Below, in pieces: positions 56,119 to 64,000 of a stretch of DNA of 64,000 nucleotides. Origin of the DNA: Myxococcota bacterium (GTDB taxonomy: Bacteria; Myxococcota_A; UBA9160; UBA4427); contig JAWKRT010000001.1 of assembly GCA_041389495.1 (NCBI GenBank), forward strand, positions 1,042,471-1,106,470, read 5' to 3'. The position numbers and the translations under genes were made by a program. Within the stretch, counting starts at the first letter, position 1; every line of letters starts with the position of its first letter. Under the pieces are notes generated by a model that saw nothing but the letters and a program-made list of their open reading frames with translations, did not search any database and had not been told where the DNA came from.

Positions 56119-56391
56119 ATGCGCATCGGCATCACCTGGCTCGCTCCCGTCCTCGCGGCCGCGCTGCCGCGCGCGGCCGCCGCGTGCGCCGTCTGCAGCG
56201 GGGGCACCACCGACAACCGCTTCGAGTTCATCGCGACGACGGCCTTCCTCACGTTCCTGCCGCTCGGCCTGATGGGCGGGATCTTCTGGTACCTGCGCCG
56301 CCGCTATCTCGCGCTCGCGAACCCGCCGCCGAGCGGCGCCGCCCAGCAGGTGCCCGCCGTCGCGCCGCGCTCGTCGCCGGTCGCGGGCTAG
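56119..56391 (+). CDS. hypothetical small membrane protein with CxxC motif
   Basis: 90 aa. Signal/anchor MRIGITWLAPVLAAALPRAAAACAVCSGG, then one helix (TAFLTFLPLGLMGGIFWYL). ATG preceded by GGAGG. Last gene of the oxidase string. Confidence 0.45.
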   Translation: MRIGITWLAPVLAAALPRAAAACAVCSGGTTDNRFEFIATTAFLTFLPLGLMGGIFWYLRRRYLALANPPPSGAAQQVPAVAPRSSPVAG

Positions 56392-56398
56392 GTCGCGC

Positions 56399-57037
56399 GT
56401 GCCCGACGAACGACTCCGCGCGCTCTTCGACAACAACCGCCAGTGGGCGCGCGCGAAGAGCGAAGCCGACCCCGGCTTCTTCGACCGCCTCTCGCACCAG
56501 CAGAGCCCGCGCTTCCTGTGGATCGGGTGCGCGGACAGCCGCGTTCCCGCGACGGAGATCTGCGGCCTCGACCCGGGCGAGATGTTCGTGCACCGCAACG
56601 TCGCGAACCTCGTCGTCCACACCGACTTCAACTGCCTGGCCGTCCTGCAGTTCGCGGTCGAGGTGCTGCGCGTCTCCGACGTGATCGTCTGCGGCCACTA
56701 CGGCTGCGGCGGCGTGCGCGCGGCGCTCGGCACGCGTCCGCTCGGCCTGATCGACAACTGGCTGCGCAACATCAAGGACGTGTACGAGCGCCACCGCGAC
56801 GAGCTCGAGGCGGCGGGGCTCGACGCCGACGCGCGCGAGCGCCGCATGTGCGAGCTGAACGTGCGCGCGCAGGTCGAGAACGTGTGTGCGACGACGATCG
56901 TGCAGGACGCGTGGGCGCGCGGGCAGGCGCTCACGGTGCACGGCTGCGTGTACGGCCTCGAGAACGGGCTGCTCAAGGACCTCGGCGCGAGCGTGAGCGG
57001 GCTCGAGCAGCTGGCCGCGATCTACAGGATGGGCTGA
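56399..57037 (+). CDS. can: beta-class carbonic anhydrase
   Basis: LWIGCADSRVPATEI...GEMFVHRNVANLV...VIVCGHYGCGGV is the canonical beta-CA zinc-site pattern. Confidence 0.9.
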   Translation: MPDERLRALFDNNRQWARAKSEADPGFFDRLSHQQSPRFLWIGCADSRVPATEICGLDPGEMFVHRNVANLVVHTDFNCLAVLQFAVEVLRVSDVIVCGHYGCGGVRAALGTRPLGLIDNWLRNIKDVYERHRDELEAAGLDADARERRMCELNVRAQVENVCATTIVQDAWARGQALTVHGCVYGLENGLLKDLGASVSGLEQLAAIYRMG

Positions 57038-57058
57038 GCGCCCGGCTCGCCCCGCGCG

Positions 57059-59716
57059 CTATCCGACCACGTTCACGAGCCGGCCCGGCACCACCACGAC
57101 CTTCTTCGGCGCGCGGTCGCCGAGGTGCTTGCGCACCGCGTCGAGTGCGAGCGCGGCCTCGCGCACCGCGGCCTCGTCGGCGTCGGCCGCGACGTCGAGG
57201 TCGGCGCGCTTCTTCCCGTTCACCTGCACGACGATGCGCACCGTGTCGGCCGCGAGCCAGCGCGCCTCCGCGGCGGGCCACGGCGCGTAGGCGATCGACT
57301 CGGCGTGGCCGAGCGCGCGCCACATCTCCTCGGCGACGTGCGGCGCGAGCGGCGAGAGCAGGAGCGCGAGCGTCTCGGCGGCCGCGTGCGGGAGCGGCGC
57401 GTCGTCGCCCTCCTTCGCGACGTCGCGCACGAGCACCATGAGCTTCGAGATCGCGGTGTTGAAGCGCATCGCCTCGAGGTCCTCGGTGACGCCGTGGACC
57501 GTCTGCGCGACGAGCCGCTGCTGGGCTTCGGTGCCCGGGCCGTCGGCGAGCGGACGCGCGCGGTCGTCGTCGTCGAGCACGAGCTTCCACGCGCGGTCGA
57601 GGAAGCGGCGCACGCCCTGGATGCCGTCGGTCGACCACGGGGCGTCCTTGTCGAGCGGGCCGATGAACATCTCGTAGAGGCGCATCGCGTCGGCGCCGTA
57701 CTGCGCGATCACGTCGTCCGGATTGACGACGTTGCCGCGGCTCTTCGACATCTTCTCGACGACCTCCTCGAGCACGAGGCCCTCGATCGTCGGGTGGACG
57801 GGCGTGCCGTCGGGCAGGCGCCGCACGTCGCGCAGCGGCACCCAGCGCGCCTTCACCGGGCGGCCGTCGTCGACGGCGACGAAGCCCTCGCCGTCCGCGC
57901 GCACCTGCCCGTGCGCGTAGACGCGCGCGTCGCGCCGGCCCTCGTCGGCCACGTCGTCGTCGAAGTAGCGGTAGCTGTAGCCGAGGATCATCCCCTGGTT
58001 GACGAGCTTCTGGAACGGCTCGCGCGTGTGCACGACGCCGAGGTCGAACAGCACCTTGTGCCAGAAGCGCGCGTAGAGGAGGTGCAGCACGGCGTGCTCG
58101 GCGCCGCCGACGTAGAGGTCTACGGGCATCCAGTAGCGCTCGGCCTCCGCCGAGATCGGCGCGCTCGCGTTGTGCGGGTCGCAGAAGCGCAGGTAGTACC
58201 AGCAGCTCCCCGCCCACTGCGGCATCGTGTTGCGATCGCGCCGGATCGTCTCGCCCGTCCTCGGGTCCGTGAGCTCGATCCAGTCGTGCGCGCGCTCGAG
58301 CGGCGTGTCGTTGCGCCCGCTCGGGCGGAAGTCGTCGAGGTCGGGGAGCTCGAGCGGCAGCTCGTGCTCGGGCACGAGCTCGACCGTGCCGTCGGCGCGG
58401 TGCACGAGCGGGAACGGCTCGCCCCAGTAGCGCTGCCGGCTGAAGAGCCAGTCGCGCAGCTTGTACGTGACGGCGCCGCGGCCCGCGCCCGCGCGCTCGA
58501 GCTCGGCCACGATGCGCGTCTTCGCCTCGGCGGTCGGCAGCCCCGAGATCGATCCCGAGTCGACGGCGACGCCCTCGCCGGTGAACGGCAGCTCGACGTC
58601 GCCGCGGGCCGCGCCGCTCTTCGAGACCGCGTCGACGACCTTGCGAACCGGGAGCCCGAACGCGCGCGCGAACGCGAAGTCGCGCTCGTCGTGCGCGGGC
58701 ACCGCCATGATGGCGCCCGTCCCGTAGCTCGCGAGCACGTAGTCGGCGACCCAGATCGGGATGCGCTCGCCGTTCACCGGGTTGGTCGCGAACGCGCCGG
58801 TCGCGACGCCCGTCTTCTCCTTCGCGTCCGCCATGCGCACGCGCTCGCTCTTGCGCCCGGCCGCCTCGACGTAGGCGCGCACCGCCGCGCGCTGCGCGTC
58901 GGCGGTGATCGTGTCGACGAGCGGGTGCTCCGGAGCGAGCACCATGTAGGTGGCGCCGTGGAGCGTGTCGGGCCGCGTCGTGAAGACCTCGATCGCGAGC
59001 GATGCGTGGCCGTCGACGGCGAAGCGCACGTGCGCGCCCTCGCTGCGGCCGATCCAGTCGCGCTGCATCTTCTTGATGGGCTCGGGCCAGTCGAGCTCCT
59101 CGAGGTCCTCGAGCAGGCGGTCGGCGTAGGCGGTGATGCGCAGCATCCACTGGCGCATCGGGACGCGCTCGACGGGGTGGCCGCCGCGCTCGCTCTTGCC
59201 GTCGATCACCTCCTCGTTCGCGAGCACCGTGCCGAGCGCCGGGCACCAGTTCACGGGCACCTCGGCCTCGTAGGCGAGGCCGCGCTCGTAGAGGCGCTGG
59301 AAGATCCACTGCGTCCAGCGATAGTAGGCGGGGTCGGTCGTGTCGAGCTCGCGCGACCAGTCGTAGCTGAAGCCGAGCGAGCGGATCTGCCGCCGGAAGT
59401 TGTCGACGTTGCGCCGCGTCGTCTCGCGCGGGTGCGTGCCCGTCTGGATGGCGTACTGCTCGGCCGGCAGGCCGAACGCGTCCCAGCCCATCGGGTGCAG
59501 CACGTTGAAGCCGCGCATGCGCTTGTAGCGGGCGACGATGTCGGTCGCCGTGTAGCCCTCGGGATGGCCGACGTGCAGCCCGTCGCCCGACGGATACGGG
59601 AACATGTCGAGCACGTAGAACTTGGGCCGCGCCGGGTCGAGCTCGGCGCGGAAGGTCTCGTTCTCGAGCCAGTACGCCTGCCAGCGGGGCTCGATGCGCT
59701 TCGGGTCGTACGCCAT
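57059..59716 (-). CDS. leuS: leucyl-tRNA synthetase
   Basis: 885 aa. [22 protein letters not shown] (HIGH region), KMSKSRGN (KMSKS) and a CP1 editing domain. Confidence 0.95.
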   Translation of the reverse strand: MAYDPKRIEPRWQAYWLENETFRAELDPARPKFYVLDMFPYPSGDGLHVGHPEGYTATDIVARYKRMRGFNVLHPMGWDAFGLPAEQYAIQTGTHPRETTRRNVDNFRRQIRSLGFSYDWSRELDTTDPAYYRWTQWIFQRLYERGLAYEAEVPVNWCPALGTVLANEEVIDGKSERGGHPVERVPMRQWMLRITAYADRLLEDLEELDWPEPIKKMQRDWIGRSEGAHVRFAVDGHASLAIEVFTTRPDTLHGATYMVLAPEHPLVDTITADAQRAAVRAYVEAAGRKSERVRMADAKEKTGVATGAFATNPVNGERIPIWVADYVLASYGTGAIMAVPAHDERDFAFARAFGLPVRKVVDAVSKSGAARGDVELPFTGEGVAVDSGSISGLPTAEAKTRIVAELERAGAGRGAVTYKLRDWLFSRQRYWGEPFPLVHRADGTVELVPEHELPLELPDLDDFRPSGRNDTPLERAHDWIELTDPRTGETIRRDRNTMPQWAGSCWYYLRFCDPHNASAPISAEAERYWMPVDLYVGGAEHAVLHLLYARFWHKVLFDLGVVHTREPFQKLVNQGMILGYSYRYFDDDVADEGRRDARVYAHGQVRADGEGFVAVDDGRPVKARWVPLRDVRRLPDGTPVHPTIEGLVLEEVVEKMSKSRGNVVNPDDVIAQYGADAMRLYEMFIGPLDKDAPWSTDGIQGVRRFLDRAWKLVLDDDDRARPLADGPGTEAQQRLVAQTVHGVTEDLEAMRFNTAISKLMVLVRDVAKEGDDAPLPHAAAETLALLLSPLAPHVAEEMWRALGHAESIAYAPWPAAEARWLAADTVRIVVQVNGKKRADLDVAADADEAAVREAALALDAVRKHLGDRAPKKVVVVPGRLVNVVG

Positions 59717-59824
59717 GGCGCGGGAGAGTGGCGGGGGCGTGCGGGAGCGTCAACACGACGGACGGCGCGTGCGCGCGGTCGCGCGCGGGGCAGGGCGGGG
59801 GATCGCCGCTCGGCGCGGGCGGCG

Positions 59825-60670
59825 CTAGGCGCCGCGCGCGTCGTCGACCTGCAGCAGCTCGATGATCTTCGCCGCGTTCTCCTCGACGGCGCGTCCGCTC
59901 ACGTCGATCACGGTCCAGCCGTGCTGGCGGAAGAGCCGCCGCGCGCGGTCGATCTCCTGCGTCACGGCGGCGGTGTCCGTGTAGCGCGAGTGCGGCGACG
60001 TGCGCAGCGACTTGAGCCGCGCCTGCCGCACCTGCAGCAGCGTCGACGCGTCGATGTCGAGCGCGAAGACCTTGCGGCGGTCGAGCTCCTCGAGCTCGCG
60101 CGGCAGGTCGAGGCCGGCGACGATCGGCACGTTCCCCGTCCGGTAGCCGCGCTGCGCCAGGTACATCGTGAGCGGCGTCTTCGACGTGCGCGAGACGCCG
60201 ACCAGCACGATGTCGGCCTCGTACAGCGTCTTCAGGTTGGCGCCGTCGTCGTGGCGGACGGCGAACTCGACGGCCTCGATGCGCTGGAAGTAGTCGTCGC
60301 TGAAGCCGTGCAGGAGGCCCGGCTCGTGGCGCGGCTCGGCCTTCAGGTGCGCGGCGGCGCGCGCGATCAACGGGCCGAGCAGGTCGACCGTCGCGAGCCC
60401 GTGGCGCTCGGCCTCCCGAAGCAGCTCGGCGGCCTCGCGCTTCTCGACGAGGCTGAAGACGACGAGCGCGTCGAGCTCGGCCGCCTGCGCCATCACGCGG
60501 CGCACCTCGGAAGGGTGCCGCACGCCGCCGAAGATGCGCAGCCGCCACGGGTTCGTGAACTGCAGCATGACGGCGCGCACGGCCGCGGCGCCCGTCTCGC
60601 CGGTGCCGTCCGACACGACGAAGATCTCGCCCATCGGCACGCCCGGCTTGCCCTCGTGCTGCGCGGCCAT
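59825..60670 (-). CDS. ppsR: PEP synthase / pyruvate-phosphate dikinase regulatory protein (DUF299 kinase-phosphorylase)
   Basis: IFVVSDGTGETG...DIVLVGVSRTSKTPLTMYLA...GYRTGNVPIV is the canonical PpsR/PDRP pattern. Confidence 0.8.
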   Translation of the reverse strand: MAAQHEGKPGVPMGEIFVVSDGTGETGAAAVRAVMLQFTNPWRLRIFGGVRHPSEVRRVMAQAAELDALVVFSLVEKREAAELLREAERHGLATVDLLGPLIARAAAHLKAEPRHEPGLLHGFSDDYFQRIEAVEFAVRHDDGANLKTLYEADIVLVGVSRTSKTPLTMYLAQRGYRTGNVPIVAGLDLPRELEELDRRKVFALDIDASTLLQVRQARLKSLRTSPHSRYTDTAAVTQEIDRARRLFRQHGWTVIDVSGRAVEENAAKIIELLQVDDARGA

Positions 60671-60702
60671 CGCCTCGCGTCCTCGCTCCCGCGCGCTCCG
60701 CG

Positions 60703-63700
60703 TCAGTCGTCGAGCAGGCCCTTGCGGCGCTCGGCCTCGCGCTGGAGCGCCAGCGCCGCGCGCTGCTCGTCGGTCAGCAGCGCCGTCGCGACCTTCGGCC
60801 GCAGGATCGAGTAGAACGCCGGCACGACCGTGATGGCGCCCAGCATGTTGATCACCATCAGGATGGTGAGCAGCCACGCCATGTCGGCCTGGAAGCGCAG
60901 GTGCGAGAACGTCCAGAGCACGATCCCGCCCACGATCGTCGTGGCGGTGAACGACACGGCCATGCCCGTCGTGCGCACGGCGCGACGGACGGCTTCGTCG
61001 ATGTCCTCCGTGTCGACGACCTCCTGGCGTATGCGGTCGACGATGTAGATCGCGTAGTCGACGCCGATGCCGACGCCGACGGACTGCACGGGCAGCGTGT
61101 TGATGTTGAGGCCGAGCCCCGCGACCGCCATGTAGGCGAGCGAGAGCATCGTCGCGGTCGAGATCTGCAGCAGGATGATCGAGCCGCTCGACACGGACTG
61201 GTACGTGACGGAGTGCAGCACGAAGATCACGAGCAGGATCAGCGCGATGTTCGCGACGTGCGAGCGCTCCACCTCGTCGTTGATCGCCGCCAGGATGCCC
61301 ATGATGCCGCCTGCCATCACGAACTGGACGCCGCGCGTCCACGAGTTCGTGGGCTGGTAGCGGGGCACGCTGTCGACCGCCTTCGTGTCGTGCACGATCA
61401 GCTGGTCGACGTTCAGCGCGACGGCGCGGATGCCGTGCTCCTCGCTCTCCCACCACGCGTCGACGTCGCCGAGCTCCCAGTCCTCGAGGCTCTCGGGCCA
61501 CGTGAAGACCTCGTCCTCCTCGAGCGAGTCGCGCGTGTCGACGAAGTCCTCCTGCGCGGCGACCTGGAAGTCCTCGATCCAGTCGGGGAGGTCCTCCTCC
61601 TTCGTGACCGAGTGGATCTGCTGGTCGGCGTAGGTGCCGTCGTCGTTGCGGATGCGCACGTTCAGCGTGTGGTTGCGCGGCGAGGGGAGGACGGGGCCGA
61701 GCATGTAGTAGAGCCAGTCGGCCATCTTGTCGTAGTCGGTGAACGACGCGTCCTTCGCGGCCTTGTCCTTGTCGAGGCGCACGATCACCTCGCCGATCGG
61801 ATTGCGGCGGATGAACTCCTCCGCCGCGCGCGTCGCCTTCACGATCGTGTCGCCTTTGTGGTCCTCGTAGAAGAAGGCGATGTTCGAGTGCCGGCTGTCG
61901 TCGGTGAGGTAGGGCCGCAGGAAGCCGGGCGCGCTGTTCTGGCGCAGCTGGAAGATCTGCTGGCGCACGGTGGCCTGGTCGTTCGGCACGAAGGCCCACT
62001 TCGGGTCGCCGTAGTGGTTCTGCTGCCAGAGCGACTGGAGGATGGGCACGAGCGAGAGCGTGCCGCCGACGTCCGTGTAGCGGCGCATCCAGCGCTCGAA
62101 CTGCTCCATGCGCAGGATCGGCTGCGCGTCGCCGCTCGCGTCCTTCTTGTCGCCGTCCGCGTACACGACGATCGTGTCGATGCCGCCGAAGCGGTCCGCG
62201 ATCTCGGCCGTCGCGCGGTTCCACTCGTGGTCGGGGAAGAGCAGCGGCGTGCCCGGGCTCGCCTCGCCGATCTTCGAGTAGAAGAGCGCGATGTAGGTCG
62301 ACGACACGAACAGGAAGACGGTGATGCCCGCGATCACCCACTTGTACGTCGGGTGCGTCGTGATGTAGCCGACGAACCGCGTGAAGCGGACCATGAAGCC
62401 GGGCAGGAAGTGCTCGTGCTCGGTCGGCGCCGGCAGGAAGCAGATCAGGACCGGGTGCAGGACCTCGACCGTGATGATGATCGAGGCCACCCAGAATGCG
62501 CCGAAGATGCCCAGGTCGCGCATCTGCGGAATCGACGTCACGAGGATCATCAGCAGGCCGGCGACGTCGGTGATGATGCCGAGCGTGCCCGGCACGATCA
62601 GCTCGCCCATCGCGACCGTCGCGACCTCGACCTTCGCGCGATCCGGGTCGCCGATCTGCGGCAGCATCGTCTCGTAGTCTTCGAAGAAGCGCTCGGCCAT
62701 CTGCACCGTGTGCGAGATCGCGCGCGCCGTGATGATCGTCGGGATCACGAGGATCAGCGGGTCGAACGTGATGCCGACCCAGCCCGTGAAGCCGAGCCCC
62801 CAGATCACGGTGGCGAGGGCCGCGACGGCCGGGATCAGCACGCCGTGCCAGCGGCGGAAGTAGAGCCAGAGCAGGAGGAAGATCGCCGAGATCGTCAGGA
62901 CGACGAAGAGCCCGATCTCGTAGGCGTGGATGAAGATCCACCCCGTCAGGATGGGGACGCCGCTGACGTAGACGTGGTGGTTCGCGTCCTCCTCGTCCGC
63001 CTTGATCTTCTGCACGTGATCGAAGACGGCCGAGAACGTCTCGCGCGTGTTGAGCCGGTCGGTGACGAAGCCGGCCATCATCAGCGCGCCCTTCTCGTCG
63101 TGCGAGACGAGGCGCCCGTAGATGAACGGCGGGTTCTGCCGCACCACCTCGCCGATCTCGTCCGCCTCCTCCTGGGTCTCGGGGAGCTTCTGGATCAGCG
63201 TCTCGCTCTTGATGTCGCCGTCGGCCTCGATCTGGACGACGCGCGTCGTGTGGTGCGTGAGCGACTGCACCTGGTAGTGGTTGACGGGGTACTGCGGGAA
63301 GCGGCGATCGAGCTCCTTGAGCAGCTCCTTCGGCTCGATGTCCGGGTTCGCCTCCTCGAGCTGCTCGCGCAGCTCGTCGCGCTCGTCGCTCTTGCTGTCG
63401 TAGCCCTCGCCGTCGAGCCGATCGGTGATGCGCTTGATCTTCGCGATCGTCTCCGGCGTGAAGATCGTGCCCTCGTCGACCGTGAGCGCGATGAACACCG
63501 CCGAGCTGCCGCCGAAGATTCCCGAGAACTTGTCCTGCGCGTGGATGTACGGGTGGTCGGGCCACTGCGCGCGCGCTTCGGTGTCGATGCGGATCTGCGG
63601 GCCCGGCAGCGGTGAGCCCATCGCCGCCAGGATCGCGTTCGCGATCGGGTATGCGAAGAAGCCGGTGGAGAGCAGCAGCAGCGTCGCGACGATCCCGCGG

Positions 63701-63771
63701 TGGCGCACGATCACGCGCGCCATTCGGAGCGTCCAGGAGTCGCGCGCGTGCGTGAGAGGGGCTTCGGCCAT
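60703..63771 (-). CDS. MMPL/RND-superfamily membrane transporter (two 6-helix bundles with large periplasmic loops)
   Basis: ~1022 aa from ATG 63771 (preceded by GAGGAA; the ORF is open from 63906). Two SSD-like hydrophobic blocks are separated by ~350-aa soluble regions. Resembles HpnN/MMPL-type lipid exporters. Substrate unknown. Confidence 0.7.
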   Translation of the reverse strand: MAEAPLTHARDSWTLRMARVIVRHRGIVATLLLLSTGFFAYPIANAILAAMGSPLPGPQIRIDTEARAQWPDHPYIHAQDKFSGIFGGSSAVFIALTVDEGTIFTPETIAKIKRITDRLDGEGYDSKSDERDELREQLEEANPDIEPKELLKELDRRFPQYPVNHYQVQSLTHHTTRVVQIEADGDIKSETLIQKLPETQEEADEIGEVVRQNPPFIYGRLVSHDEKGALMMAGFVTDRLNTRETFSAVFDHVQKIKADEEDANHHVYVSGVPILTGWIFIHAYEIGLFVVLTISAIFLLLWLYFRRWHGVLIPAVAALATVIWGLGFTGWVGITFDPLILVIPTIITARAISHTVQMAERFFEDYETMLPQIGDPDRAKVEVATVAMGELIVPGTLGIITDVAGLLMILVTSIPQMRDLGIFGAFWVASIIITVEVLHPVLICFLPAPTEHEHFLPGFMVRFTRFVGYITTHPTYKWVIAGITVFLFVSSTYIALFYSKIGEASPGTPLLFPDHEWNRATAEIADRFGGIDTIVVYADGDKKDASGDAQPILRMEQFERWMRRYTDVGGTLSLVPILQSLWQQNHYGDPKWAFVPNDQATVRQQIFQLRQNSAPGFLRPYLTDDSRHSNIAFFYEDHKGDTIVKATRAAEEFIRRNPIGEVIVRLDKDKAAKDASFTDYDKMADWLYYMLGPVLPSPRNHTLNVRIRNDDGTYADQQIHSVTKEEDLPDWIEDFQVAAQEDFVDTRDSLEEDEVFTWPESLEDWELGDVDAWWESEEHGIRAVALNVDQLIVHDTKAVDSVPRYQPTNSWTRGVQFVMAGGIMGILAAINDEVERSHVANIALILLVIFVLHSVTYQSVSSGSIILLQISTATMLSLAYMAVAGLGLNINTLPVQSVGVGIGVDYAIYIVDRIRQEVVDTEDIDEAVRRAVRTTGMAVSFTATTIVGGIVLWTFSHLRFQADMAWLLTILMVINMLGAITVVPAFYSILRPKVATALLTDEQRAALALQREAERRKGLLDD

Positions 63772-64000
63772 CGCTTCCTCGTTCGGCGTCGCTCCCGGCG
63801 ACGGGGCGACGCGACGACCCGACCGGCCGGGCCGCGAGCGAGCCGACATTGCTCGCGTCGCGCTCGGGAGGTCGGGGAGTGAGAGTCGGTCCTGTGGGCC
63901 AGACAACGGGCGCCGGCCGAGAGCGGCACCCTAGTGGGAAGCGCGAAGCACGGTCAAGCGGAAAGCCGCTGGAATCGCCCGACTTTGCAGCGCTTTTTGC

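Noticed and set aside
63960-63990. TGGAAT…TTTGCA near the right end of the window, considered as a sigma54 promoter for the MMPL gene.
   Set aside because: It is on the wrong strand for the minus-strand gene, and the GG-to-GC spacing is 14 nt rather than 10.

Overview
This is a very G+C-rich bacterial chromosomal segment (well above 65% by eye), densely packed on both strands with Gram-negative-type housekeeping genes. No rRNA, tRNA, CRISPR array, transposase or integrase was found. From left to right, the recognisable content is:
- nhaA, then pdxR-pdxS-pdxT
- the rpsF-rpsR-rplI-dnaB ribosomal/replication block
- a peptidoglycan-recycling trio: ldcA, a serine hydrolase and mpl
- small enzymes (SnoaL-like, GNAT, SGNH, a cytochrome c protein)
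- a frameshifted MutS-family gene coupled to thiD
- mrp/apbC, then a desaturase with a PaaX-like regulator, then lspA
- a long minus-strand string: ntrB-ntrC-thiE-nupC-acetoacetyl-CoA synthetase
- moeA-mobA, then a heptose adenylyltransferase with an AsmA-like giant protein
- an orphan XRE regulator in a lower-G+C gap, then ptsP (EI-Ntr)
- a large lipoprotein with propeller-like, HEAT and cytochrome c regions
- an aa3-type cytochrome oxidase cluster with accessory genes, a beta-carbonic anhydrase, leuS, ppsR and an MMPL/RND transporter

The stretch most likely to be new biology is 43.0-49.2 kb. It holds four paralogous genes for small secreted proteins with a PEP-CTERM-like tail (VPALP, hydrophobic helix, RKK). 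Three lie in tandem; the fourth sits beyond an embedded EamA/DUF374 pair. Each gene has its own well-matched sigma54 (-24/-12) promoter and a shared strong terminator hairpin. Three of the four also have an upstream GC-rich palindrome.

Secondary oddities:
- ribosomal protein S18 carries a ~137-aa RGG/Gly-rich repeat extension, next to an S6 with a long acidic tail
- the MutS-family gene is broken exactly at a (CG)8 run
- the ptsP homology extends upstream of any canonical start codon, to an ATT preceded by a good Shine-Dalgarno sequence
- a G-quadruplex-type tandem repeat lies upstream of ctaB

All family assignments come from reading the translations. No database search was run.
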